Source: a virus. From it: a stretch of 64,000 nt of DNA. Position numbers and translations under genes: made by a program. This document shows, in pieces, positions 39,593 to 48,400 of the stretch. The stretch spans positions 1-64,000 of the IMG/VR virus record IMGVR_UViG_3300023112_000009; one strand, 5' to 3'. Below the pieces are notes generated by a model. That model did no database searches. It was not told where the DNA came from and saw only the letters and a program-made list of their open reading frames with translations. Every line of letters begins with the position of its first letter. Within the stretch, counting starts at the first letter, position 1.

Positions 39593-40099
39593 ATGAATAA
39601 ACTATTCTCTTTTCTAGCTGTTGGTGCCCTCCTTGTTGGAGCGGCATTTACTACTCCTGCTCCTGCTCAGATGACTGCGACAGCAATCCCTATTGGGTGT
39701 TGCCGTATTAACCCTGACAATTACGTTGCTATTAATCTTCGTGGTGTACTAGCTTCTCCTGGACCCGTAGGAACATTCCTGCCTCTTCCGGATACCGTAG
39801 CGACCGTGAATAACGGTGCGATCATTCAGACCGATAAGGCTTTTGTGATCACTGACGTTCGTGTGAGCTACCGCGATGGTGCCACTGGTGATTTCGAGCT
39901 TATGGAAGCTAACCAGGGACAGACCTTCATTCGTACTCTTCTACAAGAAGACAGTATGCTTGACGGCTGGCAGTCGTCCCTTGGTGTGGTAGCCCGTGGA
40001 GACATGGGCGGTGCAATGGGACTTGCCATCAGGGCAGTGAATGGTCCCGACCCAATTCTGTTGGATGTAGAGATTATCGGGTACGCTCGAAATAATTAA
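39593..40099 (+). CDS. secreted beta-rich protein with Sec signal peptide
   Basis: MNKLFSFLAVGALLVGAAFTTPAPA|Q: basic N-region, hydrophobic core, AxA site. Confidence 0.65.
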   Translation: MNKLFSFLAVGALLVGAAFTTPAPAQMTATAIPIGCCRINPDNYVAINLRGVLASPGPVGTFLPLPDTVATVNNGAIIQTDKAFVITDVRVSYRDGATGDFELMEANQGQTFIRTLLQEDSMLDGWQSSLGVVARGDMGGAMGLAIRAVNGPDPILLDVEIIGYARNN

Positions 40100-40125
40100 A
40101 ACATAACACTCAGATACCTTTTCCT

Positions 40126-40157
40126 CTAGGGAGATGCCATTTTTGGTGTCTCCCTAG
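40126..40157 (+). terminator. 14-bp hairpin, probable terminator before the virion module
   Basis: CTAGGGAGATGCCA-TTTT-TGGTGTCTCCCTAG (two G.U pairs), followed by TGTATTATT. Confidence 0.6.
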
Positions 40158-40209
40158 TGTATTATTACATGGTCGAGTTTCGTTTCAAGTCTTTAAATAG
40201 GTAAAAGTT

Positions 40210-40653
40210 ATGACCAGTATTGTACAGACATTTGTTGGGTCTGGCACCCTGCCCGCCACAAGGGGCATCCTGCCAGTGAGCCAAAGAGGCAATGAGCCCA
40301 TTGGCCAAGGGGTTCGCACCGGCATTCAGGTCGTAGTTGCGAACCCGGAAGATCTCGTAGCTGTTGATGCCTTTGCAGCATCCGGCATCACCGTGAGTAC
40401 CGGAGTTGTGGAGATCGTTGGGCCGCACACTAATCCTCTGCCTCGTAGCCGCGAGATCATTGTAGAAAACGTAGGTGCTGCTGACGTTTACCTAAGTCAT
40501 CTGCCCACGTTCCCGGCTGAAGATGCTTTCGAGCTATCAACAGAAGGTACAGCGGGTAGAAGCACAAGGGTCACCCTACCATTACTACATAACGTTTCGG
40601 TCTACGCCAAAACAGCAGCCGGTACCACGTCAGTACGTCTTTTGATTTTGTAA
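40210..40653 (+). CDS. putative small virion protein (beta-sandwich), paralog 1
   Basis: V/G/T-rich; PLPRSREIIVENVGAADVYL...VYA shared with the next ORF. Confidence 0.55.
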   Translation: MTSIVQTFVGSGTLPATRGILPVSQRGNEPIGQGVRTGIQVVVANPEDLVAVDAFAASGITVSTGVVEIVGPHTNPLPRSREIIVENVGAADVYLSHLPTFPAEDAFELSTEGTAGRSTRVTLPLLHNVSVYAKTAAGTTSVRLLIL

Positions 40654-40681
40654 GGGACGCCCCTTTTAAGGAGGTTCCCTT

Positions 40682-41119
40682 ATGAATCAGCAATATTTTG
40701 CAACCGTAGGCAGCGGCACAGTTCCGCACACTGGGCACGGACCAGCACACGGCTTTACTCCGGGGGCGTACCCTGGAGCACATAGCAAGGAAGACTTACG
40801 TACCCGAGTAGGCGACGGAGCTATTATCCTCAATCCCGAGGACTTTAGTGTTAACATTGGCCTATCCACTCAGGCGATTATAGTAGCAACCTCGGCATTA
40901 CCTCTGCCTGCCACGCCCCTAGAATATCGCAGGGCGTTAGTTGTACACAACGCAGGAGATGTTGATGTCTTTTTAGGCAGTTCCAATGTAACCACAGCGA
41001 ACGGCATGCCCTTGGCGGCTGGTGAAAAAATCGCTTTTGATATCCAAGGTAATCCGAATGTCGAAGTGTATGCTGTCTGTGCCACGTCGGCTGACGTGAG
41101 AATCATGGAATTAGCTTAG
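40682..41119 (+). CDS. putative small virion protein (beta-sandwich), paralog 2
   Basis: VGSGT.P N-terminus, NPED, PLEYRRALVVHNAGDVDVFLG...VYA; SD AAGGAGG. Confidence 0.55.
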   Translation: MNQQYFATVGSGTVPHTGHGPAHGFTPGAYPGAHSKEDLRTRVGDGAIILNPEDFSVNIGLSTQAIIVATSALPLPATPLEYRRALVVHNAGDVDVFLGSSNVTTANGMPLAAGEKIAFDIQGNPNVEVYAVCATSADVRIMELA

Positions 41120-41764
41120 ATGAAACATCAACACACAAACATATTTCAAGAGATTAATATGGTTTCTTGCTATTGGGCTGGATTTTTAGCCGCCGATGGA
41201 TCATTAATTCCTCAACGTAATGTTGTGTCTATTGGTTTAGCTGAAAAAGATATCGATCATTTGCACAAATTACAGACCGTCTTGTCTTGTGGTAATCCAG
41301 TAACCACAAGAGTAAACAATGCGTTTGGCGGACATGTACGATGTGACTTACAAATCACCGCCGCACGGGATCTTATTGAGTCACTTGGTTTAAACTTCAA
41401 CATTACATCACGTAAAAGCCTAACTCTACAACCACCTAGCTTAAAAACAGAAGATAATATTCGTTCTTTCGTCCGTGGTTACATGGATGGCGACGGGTAC
41501 ATTTCACAGTATGGCGGTAAGAACCGACCAAATACATACGTGGGTTTTGCAGGCACACGAGACGTGTTACAATGGATTAAAGAACAAATTCAGCGATCTG
41601 TAAAAGTTGGCAATCCTTCTATTTACAAGCACAAGAACGCTAATGTGTATCAATTGATTTTTGGTGGACGCCAAGCGGAACGCATCTTGGATTGGTTGTA
41701 TGCTGATTCTACACAATCTACTCGTCTTGATCGCAAGTACAAGAAGTATGGGGAGATTACCTAA
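41120..41764 (+). mobile_element. free-standing two-motif LAGLIDADG homing endonuclease
   Basis: YWAGFLAADG and FVRGYMDGDG; LDRK end; paralog of 18110..18736. Confidence 0.88.
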
Positions 41765-42240
41765 TGGTTGGCGTTGGCAGTATCGTATCAGTCGGCGGCA
41801 CCGGAGGCGGTGGTGGTAGCGGTGGTAGCTCTGGCATTCAAAATCTGAATGGTCAGACCGGCCCCGTTGTTACGCTCGTTGGTACAAGTGGTATTGTCAT
41901 TGCTCCTGTTGCCCCCAACATCATCAATATTGGCTTTAATGGATCAACCACCCAATCAGGCGTTCTCGGTGTCAACGGCATCGACGTTCAGCAGGTTGGC
42001 GGTAACTTCATAGTAGACGGAGCATCTCTTTCTGGATTAGGTGTTTCAAAATTCTCTTCTTCTTTTTCCAGCATAACTAGCGGTGTGTTCACACATAGCT
42101 TCAATACCCTCGATGTCATTGTTCAAGTATTTGACAGTGATAGACACGTAATCTTCCCAGATGATATCATTGTGGAGAACGGTGACCAAGTAAGTGTCAC
42201 ATTCAATCAGCCACAAACAGGAAGAGTGGTCATAATATAG
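41764..42240 (+). CDS. putative virion/fibre-associated protein
   Basis: Gly/Ser-rich N-terminus, LNGQTGPVVTL, C-terminal THSFNTLDVIVQVFD domain. Confidence 0.6.
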   Translation: MVGVGSIVSVGGTGGGGGSGGSSGIQNLNGQTGPVVTLVGTSGIVIAPVAPNIINIGFNGSTTQSGVLGVNGIDVQQVGGNFIVDGASLSGLGVSKFSSSFSSITSGVFTHSFNTLDVIVQVFDSDRHVIFPDDIIVENGDQVSVTFNQPQTGRVVII

Positions 42241-42281
42241 TGTACTATTTAATGAGGAAGGTCGCGTAACAGGAGAGCGTC

Positions 42282-43067
42282 ATGGGATTACCGTTTAATG
42301 GAGACTTGGTGCCGGTCAGCAGTGGTTTTGCTAACCTAGGTGTCAACATAAGTTCGAATGCACAAAATGCATTCGATATCACGTCTATTCGTCCATTTAA
42401 CCATGTTCACATGGTCAGTGGTGTCTTTCACGACCCCGTTCAAGGACAGTCTGGTGTTTTAAGGTACAGCAGAGAGCAGGCATCTTTCCAGGTGTCGGTT
42501 GATGGTGGTCTAACGTTCAACAATCTGTCTGCTGGTGCTGGCGTTGATAGCGTTGGTCAACTTGGTGGTGCAGATCTTACCGGGAATATCGATCTTGCTA
42601 CCCCCGCAAGTGGCTTCCTGTCTATTGATGATACGGCTGGTGCTAGTCCGCTTCTGTTTGCTGTTGATCATCTTGGACTATCTGGACTGTGGGATTTCCC
42701 CAGTCAAGGATTCAATGGCAGCGTAGTCAACGAACTGACAGACTTCAATGGTACTACGGTTCAAGGAGCCGTAAGTGTCGTAGGTGCCTCTGGCATCATT
42801 GTCGATATTGTTGGCCAGACCATGACCATTGCCTCTAACACAGATGTTGGATTAGTTGCTCGATGTTACACTGAAGCATTCGGTGCTGCTACATCGTGGG
42901 TTGTTACTCATAGTCTAAATACTACCAACGTTAGCATCCAGGTTTTTGATGCACAAGGTACTCCAAACATGCTTTTCCCAGATAGCATTATCATTACCGA
43001 TGCGAATACAGTCACCATTGGTTTCAATGTTTCACAAGCTGGACAAGCTATTATCTTAGGTTGTTAA
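42282..43067 (+). CDS. putative virion/fibre-associated protein
   Basis: N-terminal IRPFNHVH..SGVFHDP domain shared with the next gene; C-terminal THSLNTTNVSIQVFD domain shared with the previous gene. Confidence 0.6.
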   Translation: MGLPFNGDLVPVSSGFANLGVNISSNAQNAFDITSIRPFNHVHMVSGVFHDPVQGQSGVLRYSREQASFQVSVDGGLTFNNLSAGAGVDSVGQLGGADLTGNIDLATPASGFLSIDDTAGASPLLFAVDHLGLSGLWDFPSQGFNGSVVNELTDFNGTTVQGAVSVVGASGIIVDIVGQTMTIASNTDVGLVARCYTEAFGAATSWVVTHSLNTTNVSIQVFDAQGTPNMLFPDSIIITDANTVTIGFNVSQAGQAIILGC

Positions 43068-43068
43068 T

Positions 43069-44787
43069 ATGGTTAGAGTAATTGGTGACATCTGGCCCGC
43101 AGCCAGTGGGTCTTCGTCGCTTGGCGTTGATCAGACAGCATGTTGTCCTATTGGAGATGAAATTCGTCCGTTCAATCATGTTCATCAAAACAGTGGAGTA
43201 TTTCATGATCCTACTCATGGTACTTCTGGTGTGATGAGATTCAATGGACGCGATGAATCTGGTATTGTATTTGAAACTTTGTCACCAGGGCAAATTCCAT
43301 CATTAGAATTTTCTTTTGATGGAGGCAATAGTTTTCCTGTACGATTAGGACAGGCACTCAAAAACAGCTTAGTATTCCAAAGTCAAGATGTCGTTCTTCA
43401 AACTCTTGATGGTTTACCGCTACAATTAAAATCAAGTGGTCTACTAGATCTATTGTCTGAAGTTAGTATTAATTTACGTTCCGTTAATGGAAGTATTGTT
43501 ATTGATGCCAACGGAGCCAGTAGCGATGTTAACATTACATCAGACAACAACGTCAATATTACATCTACTGATGACATACAAATCCTTGCTACTAATGGTA
43601 ATTTCAATTTAGGCACTAGTTCAGTTGGTGGTAACACAACACTGAGTGCTGGGCCGGGTGATGTTACCGTTGGTGCTGGTGTCAACGCTCAAGCTGGCGG
43701 TCAAACTAAGCTACAACCCTTTGGTGGAAGTGGCCAGCTTGAGTATAGACTAGGCGGCATTGGAGGTCATGAAGCGTGGCACTGGAGCCCAAACTATGAT
43801 GCAGCAGGCGGTCCTAATAGTGATGGTTTCCATCCAATACCTCATTCTGGTCAGATTTTCCAGATGATTCAGGAGCAAGCTCCTGGCATTCGATCACTTC
43901 GGAACGGTGGCAGTCCTGCTACTGAAGCAGATATTACATTAACAGAAGGCGGCGGTATAAGTATTGATGTTATTGCATCTGATGAAATAGAGTTTGTCAA
44001 TACCGGCACGCTTCAGCGTGCCTATGATAATGGCCAAACCATTTTTATTGATAGTGCTCAAGATTTACAGATTGCTGCCGGTAATCATAAGTTAAAATTA
44101 GGCACCAATGGTGATAAAGCTGAGATTAATATGTCTGGCTTGTTAACATATCCATCTTCTGATTTAGAACTTGGTGATGTTAATATGATTGTACATGGTC
44201 AAGAACCATTACATGGTGGCATCACTACACCTACATCACAGGCTGAAGCACAAGCATTATCGCTTGGTATTGGTATTCCTGTTATTAATACTGGCTCCGG
44301 TATCATTAATGTATCTGTTGGTTCTGGTGTAGGTCAATTTTTCAATACAAGCAATCAAACACTTAGTACATCTGCAACCAATATTAATTTTACATCAGCA
44401 GGCAACAACATTCCCGATGGTCACTTTATTAGTAGTTCTATAAATGATATACAAATATTGGTTCCAGGCTTATATAGACTTTGGTATGCGGCTAGTGCTG
44501 AAAAAACCTCTGGTTCTACAGGTCAACGTGTTGATGCTGCTATCAAAATTAATGCTAAAACAATCCTTGGTAGTGATGCTTCGTGTATTTTGAATGATAG
44601 TACGAATCTTAAATTTAACACTGCAAATGGTTTATGTATGTTTGATGCTAACGCTGGAGATATTGTTGCTATGACTATGACTTTATCTAATTCTCCTGGT
44701 GGTAATTCTGTACGTGCAGTAACACGTAGATGCAATATTCTAATAGAATGGATTGGCGTTAGAAGAGGAACGCTTACAGCTTTATAA
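43069..44787 (+). CDS. putative tail fibre / receptor-binding protein with C-terminal C1q/BclA-like jelly-roll
   Basis: G/S/T/N-rich beta repeats (NVNITSTDDIQI), TLQRAYD, C-terminal IQILVPGLYRLWY; AT-rich distal half. Confidence 0.6.
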   Translation: MVRVIGDIWPAASGSSSLGVDQTACCPIGDEIRPFNHVHQNSGVFHDPTHGTSGVMRFNGRDESGIVFETLSPGQIPSLEFSFDGGNSFPVRLGQALKNSLVFQSQDVVLQTLDGLPLQLKSSGLLDLLSEVSINLRSVNGSIVIDANGASSDVNITSDNNVNITSTDDIQILATNGNFNLGTSSVGGNTTLSAGPGDVTVGAGVNAQAGGQTKLQPFGGSGQLEYRLGGIGGHEAWHWSPNYDAAGGPNSDGFHPIPHSGQIFQMIQEQAPGIRSLRNGGSPATEADITLTEGGGISIDVIASDEIEFVNTGTLQRAYDNGQTIFIDSAQDLQIAAGNHKLKLGTNGDKAEINMSGLLTYPSSDLELGDVNMIVHGQEPLHGGITTPTSQAEAQALSLGIGIPVINTGSGIINVSVGSGVGQFFNTSNQTLSTSATNINFTSAGNNIPDGHFISSSINDIQILVPGLYRLWYAASAEKTSGSTGQRVDAAIKINAKTILGSDASCILNDSTNLKFNTANGLCMFDANAGDIVAMTMTLSNSPGGNSVRAVTRRCNILIEWIGVRRGTLTAL

Positions 44788-44798
44788 GGAGCATATAT

Positions 44799-45116
44799 AT
44801 GTGGATGTTTTTAGCACAGGTAGATCCGTCTGCCGGAACAATAGTCGGGGCATTAATTGAACAGTATGGTATTACCGGATTAGCGTTTGGTATCCTACTG
44901 ACAATTATGATACGTACAAACAAATCTGCTCAAAAACGTATCGAAAATCTAGAAGCACAACAGCAAGAACAGTATACCGCTCACCTATCTGACCAAAAAG
45001 AGATGATCAACGATTACATCGATTTGGTTAAGAATAAGACAAGTGTGTTGGCTGACTTAACTGGGTGCTTGAAAGCGATGAAAGATACGCTGGAACGCAT
45101 GGAGCGTAAAGGATAA
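44799..45116 (+). CDS. holin-like membrane protein (BhlA/UviB-like architecture)
   Basis: EQYGITGLAFGILLTIMI single TM followed by a coiled coil; last gene after the fibre genes. Confidence 0.55.
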   Translation: MWMFLAQVDPSAGTIVGALIEQYGITGLAFGILLTIMIRTNKSAQKRIENLEAQQQEQYTAHLSDQKEMINDYIDLVKNKTSVLADLTGCLKAMKDTLERMERKG

Positions 45117-45150
45117 TAAAAAAGAGGCGGCTAACAGCCGCCTCTTCCAT
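45117..45150. terminator. intrinsic terminator at the convergence of the two genome arms
   Basis: AAGAGGCGGCT-AAC-AGCCGCCTCTT perfect 11-bp stem; the upstream A-run gives the U-tract for - strand transcripts. Confidence 0.85.
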
Positions 45151-45166
45151 TTCTATATCAGTAGAC

Positions 45167-45415
45167 TCAGATGATCTTGGGCGTGTTCGTCCCAGGACTC
45201 TGAGTTGTCTTGTTTTTTCTAGCTTGATCAGCAGCCATGCTCGCTTCGACAGTCATTACAGCGGCACCAAATGGTTTCACTTCAGGACGTTGAAAGAACG
45301 CAAGAATATCATTACGAAGCTCGGCACGAATCTCCGCAGGAACCTCGAATTGTTCTAGACGTTCACGAAAGATACGATCTAATGTTTGGGCAGGGTCAGT
45401 ACTTTTATCAGCCAT
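45167..45415 (-). CDS. hypothetical protein
   Basis: ATG 45415 (MADKST...) preceded by GGAG; last gene before the terminator. Confidence 0.55.
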   Translation of the reverse strand: MADKSTDPAQTLDRIFRERLEQFEVPAEIRAELRNDILAFFQRPEVKPFGAAVMTVEASMAADQARKNKTTQSPGTNTPKII

Positions 45416-45920
45416 TGTTTTCTCCAAACCAAGCATTCTTAAGACGATCTATAAGTCTATGATTGCGACTCTTAGTACGAGCCTCGCGGAGCTTGGTTTC
45501 CCGTTCGGCAATCTTTTGTTGTTCAGGCCCACTGAGTTCAACTAACATGTTTGTGTGGGCATCATTTACGGTTGTATTAACATTAGTCGTGGGCTTCTTA
45601 CGAAAGAACACGACGGACTTGATGCTAGGAATGGTATGTCTATTTAATGTTTTAAGCCATTCGTCACATGTTGTGTCAAGCGGCTCTACGAGACCATTAA
45701 TTTCATCAACGATTCTACTGTCGTTGTAGACCATAATGTCATCCCTGATATTCATATCACGTATTTCACAAAGAGCTAAGAAAAGTACTTTGTATACGTG
45801 ATGAATTACTTGAAAGATACGATCACCACGAACAGTTAAAGCTGGGGAGCAACGTCGAGTCACATCAACGTTCTCCCCAGTTACATAGTAACCGTCTTCA
45901 TTGACGAAGACAGTAATCAT
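45408..45920 (-). CDS. hypothetical protein, possibly degenerate RNase H-like fold
   Basis: ITVFVNEDG...IMVYNDSRIVDEING resembles the RNase HI beta1 and DS motifs, but most catalytic residues are missing. Confidence 0.4.
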   Translation of the reverse strand: MITVFVNEDGYYVTGENVDVTRRCSPALTVRGDRIFQVIHHVYKVLFLALCEIRDMNIRDDIMVYNDSRIVDEINGLVEPLDTTCDEWLKTLNRHTIPSIKSVVFFRKKPTTNVNTTVNDAHTNMLVELSGPEQQKIAERETKLREARTKSRNHRLIDRLKNAWFGENNG

Positions 45921-46447
45921 TACTCAGCTTGTAGTTCGTCGTACATTCGTAGTTCTTCACCGCTAACCAGCGTTGCTGCACGCAGCGAGTCGGCTACAGC
46001 GGTCAAGAGTTCCTGCGTACGAGGAGAGAATTTAATCAAGCCAGTCTCGGGGTTGATCCAACTAAGGGCACCACGAGAGGCAAGCTCAAGCTCTAGAATA
46101 GACAGTAGATCATGGATCTCTGAGCTAGTCAGACCAACATCTTCTAGTGCTGGTCCAATTACTCCTTGAGTACCAGTGATGATCGACTGATCACGAACCA
46201 ACTCAAGTGCAGATGCAGCTAGGTCTAGTTCCTCTTCGGTCACGGCACCTTCTTCTAGTAGAAGATTGCCACCAACCTTGACGCCAAGCTGAATGTACAG
46301 CTTCCACTTGCTGTATTCGAGTTCTGACATTCCTTCCAGAGCTTCGATACCTTGTTCTCCATTCTCGGTTGAAACACAACCGCTAATAGAACTACCAGCT
46401 AGTATTAATGTTAAAATTGCCGGTACAATCCACTTTTTTCTTTCCAT
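45920..46447 (-). CDS. putative lipoprotein
   Basis: MERKKWIVPAILTLILAGSSISGC: basic N-terminus, hydrophobic core, lipobox-like ISG-C. Confidence 0.65.
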   Translation of the reverse strand: MERKKWIVPAILTLILAGSSISGCVSTENGEQGIEALEGMSELEYSKWKLYIQLGVKVGGNLLLEEGAVTEEELDLAASALELVRDQSIITGTQGVIGPALEDVGLTSSEIHDLLSILELELASRGALSWINPETGLIKFSPRTQELLTAVADSLRAATLVSGEELRMYDELQAE

Positions 46448-46451
46448 ATTA

Positions 46452-47000
46452 TTATCCCTTAGGTGCTTTAGTGTTCATGTAATCTTGCCTATCCTTGGAA
46501 CTGTGTTCCAGGATGGTCTTGTTACATGAGTTACAGGTGCGGTACTTTTTGTGATCTGATGACACCTTAATACCGCTTTTATTAAGGTGCGAACATTTAC
46601 TTTGAACCGCACCAACAGCCTCGCTAACGGGGCCAGTAGCTAGTTCCCTCTCTTCTTCCTCACTGCCAATGATACCTTCTTGACGAAGCTCTTTCTTTTT
46701 GGCTGCTACAAAATCAGAATCATCCTCAATACCATCATTGGCTTGATCGCCAAAGACGGTGTTGTTGTCTAGTTGCGGAGGCGTTGGACTAGAAGGAACC
46801 TTAAAGAAGGCCCAATCGTTACCCAACGCGGCGTCTGAACCTGCTACTAACTGTTGTTCAAGTTTTGCAGCGGCACTAGGGGAGAGATCATAGGTACGTC
46901 CTTTGGTCTTTCCTTTCTTTTTAATGGTAATGATAACCGTTTCATCAGGATCATATTCCTGTTTGGTTAAATCACACTCTTGAATTACTCGTTTAGCCAT
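46452..47000 (-). CDS. protein with Lsr2-dimerisation-like N-terminus and C-terminal Zn-ribbon-like motif
   Basis: MAKRV..D..DETV..YDLS..AAKL..L pattern; acidic linker; CSH...CNSC. ATG 47000 preferred over 47072. Confidence 0.5.
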   Translation of the reverse strand: MAKRVIQECDLTKQEYDPDETVIITIKKKGKTKGRTYDLSPSAAAKLEQQLVAGSDAALGNDWAFFKVPSSPTPPQLDNNTVFGDQANDGIEDDSDFVAAKKKELRQEGIIGSEEEERELATGPVSEAVGAVQSKCSHLNKSGIKVSSDHKKYRTCNSCNKTILEHSSKDRQDYMNTKAPKG

Positions 47001-47667
47001 GTTCTTCGTGTCTCTTATACGCCTTAAGGACTTCCTTGACGATTTTACTACGTTGCACGGTGTCAATGTCATCCATTTCTACGATACCAACACCCGGAAC
47101 ATCATCCAAGACGTTAACAGCTTCCGCAAGGGCACTATTATATGGATCAATGTCACACTGATCAAGGTCTCCAGCAATAACCATCTTGGTTCCTTTGCCA
47201 ATACGAGTCAAGATCATCTTCATGGCTCCGCCATCTAGAGGAACGTTTTGTGCTTCCTCAACAATTACGAAGCAATTATTGAACGAACGTCCACGGCACA
47301 TGCTCAGTACCGTAAATTCAAACTTCTGAGCAATCAGTTGTTGAATGTCTTGTTCGTTATTAAAACAAGCACGCAGGTTATCCTTAATGGATTCTACGTA
47401 CGGCAATACTTTTTCTTCCAAAGAACCCGGAAGAGATCCAATCTTTTCACCTGTGTTTGATTGGATATAGGGTCTGATAACTACGATTCTCTTAATGCCA
47501 CCACGTTTTGGAGAACGTTCCATCATTTCTACGCCTTCGGCAATAGCAAGAAACGTTTTACCTGTACCAGCAATGCCGGTACAGATAGTGATATCGTTTT
47601 CTCGCATACATCTGACGTATTCTTCTTGACCCTTTACTGGCGTGGGTGCGTTAAATTTCTTGAGCAC
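46993..47667 (-). CDS. phoH: PhoH-family ATPase
   Basis: GIAGTGKTFLA; IGSLPG; RGRSF; IVEEAQN; LTRIG; GDLDQCD; RSKIV. Confidence 0.93.
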   Translation of the reverse strand: MLKKFNAPTPVKGQEEYVRCMRENDITICTGIAGTGKTFLAIAEGVEMMERSPKRGGIKRIVVIRPYIQSNTGEKIGSLPGSLEEKVLPYVESIKDNLRACFNNEQDIQQLIAQKFEFTVLSMCRGRSFNNCFVIVEEAQNVPLDGGAMKMILTRIGKGTKMVIAGDLDQCDIDPYNSALAEAVNVLDDVPGVGIVEMDDIDTVQRSKIVKEVLKAYKRHEEHG

Positions 47668-47670
47668 GTT

Positions 47671-48333
47671 TTACCCCCTGTTGGCCCGATTATTCTTCCG
47701 TGAAGCACGGGCACATTTGTTTTTTGCACGTCTCTGTGCAATGACTTTAGTACGATGAGGGGTGATACGCATGCCAAACTTAGTGCGACTAGGCTGTTTC
47801 GACATTTGTTCTTCAATATACTTGCTAATAAGCTGACCATCTAGGTGATCCATTTCGTGCATAACTGCACGAGCCCAAAAACCAGTAAATGTTTCTTCTT
47901 GAACGTTACCGTCTAGATCAAAATATTGAAGAGTAACGCTCTTGGGGCGGGGAACCAAAGCTCCCATACCGGGTAAAGATAAACACGCTTCACCGTCTTT
48001 GGTGATTGCTTTACTCTTGGCGACAACATTGGGGTTAACATAAACGTTGTTGGTAGGGTTTCCTTCTTCGTTTGTACCATTACGCAGTAAGAAAATCCTA
48101 TGAGGAAAACCAATCTGTACAGCGGCTAATCCTGCCGCCTCTTCGTCTAATGCGTCCAGGATTGCATCCATGTCAATGATCGCCTGCTCATCGGCAGCAG
48201 TGATAGGGATTTGACATGGCTGAGAAGCCATTTCAAGCAACGGCCAACGCTCAGGATCACCTGGAGTGATGATAGGATTGCGTACAGGCTGTTGCGGTTC
48301 TGTGTTCTCGTTATCTTTCATGTTGGTGTTCAT
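47671..48333 (-). CDS. def: peptide deformylase
   Basis: GLAAVQIG, EACLSLPG, HEMDHLDG; basic C-terminal tail. Confidence 0.95.
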   Translation of the reverse strand: MNTNMKDNENTEPQQPVRNPIITPGDPERWPLLEMASQPCQIPITAADEQAIIDMDAILDALDEEAAGLAAVQIGFPHRIFLLRNGTNEEGNPTNNVYVNPNVVAKSKAITKDGEACLSLPGMGALVPRPKSVTLQYFDLDGNVQEETFTGFWARAVMHEMDHLDGQLISKYIEEQMSKQPSRTKFGMRITPHRTKVIAQRRAKNKCARASRKNNRANRG

Positions 48334-48371
48334 GTGTTCTTATTGATCTGTGGTTATGATGGTCCTTTAGT

Positions 48372-48400
48372 ATTATACGCCCAAGCTGAGTCATTGTTAA
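48372..48400 (-). promoter_or_regulatory. sigma70-like promoter TTAACA-N17-TATAAT for def
   Basis: On the - strand: TTAACA-atgactcagcttgggcg-TATAAT, about 40 nt upstream of the def ATG. Confidence 0.6.

Noticed and set aside
41790-41832. GGCGGT/GGTAGC low-complexity repeat
   Set aside because: It encodes a Gly/Ser linker in a virion-like protein and is not a DNA-level repeat element.
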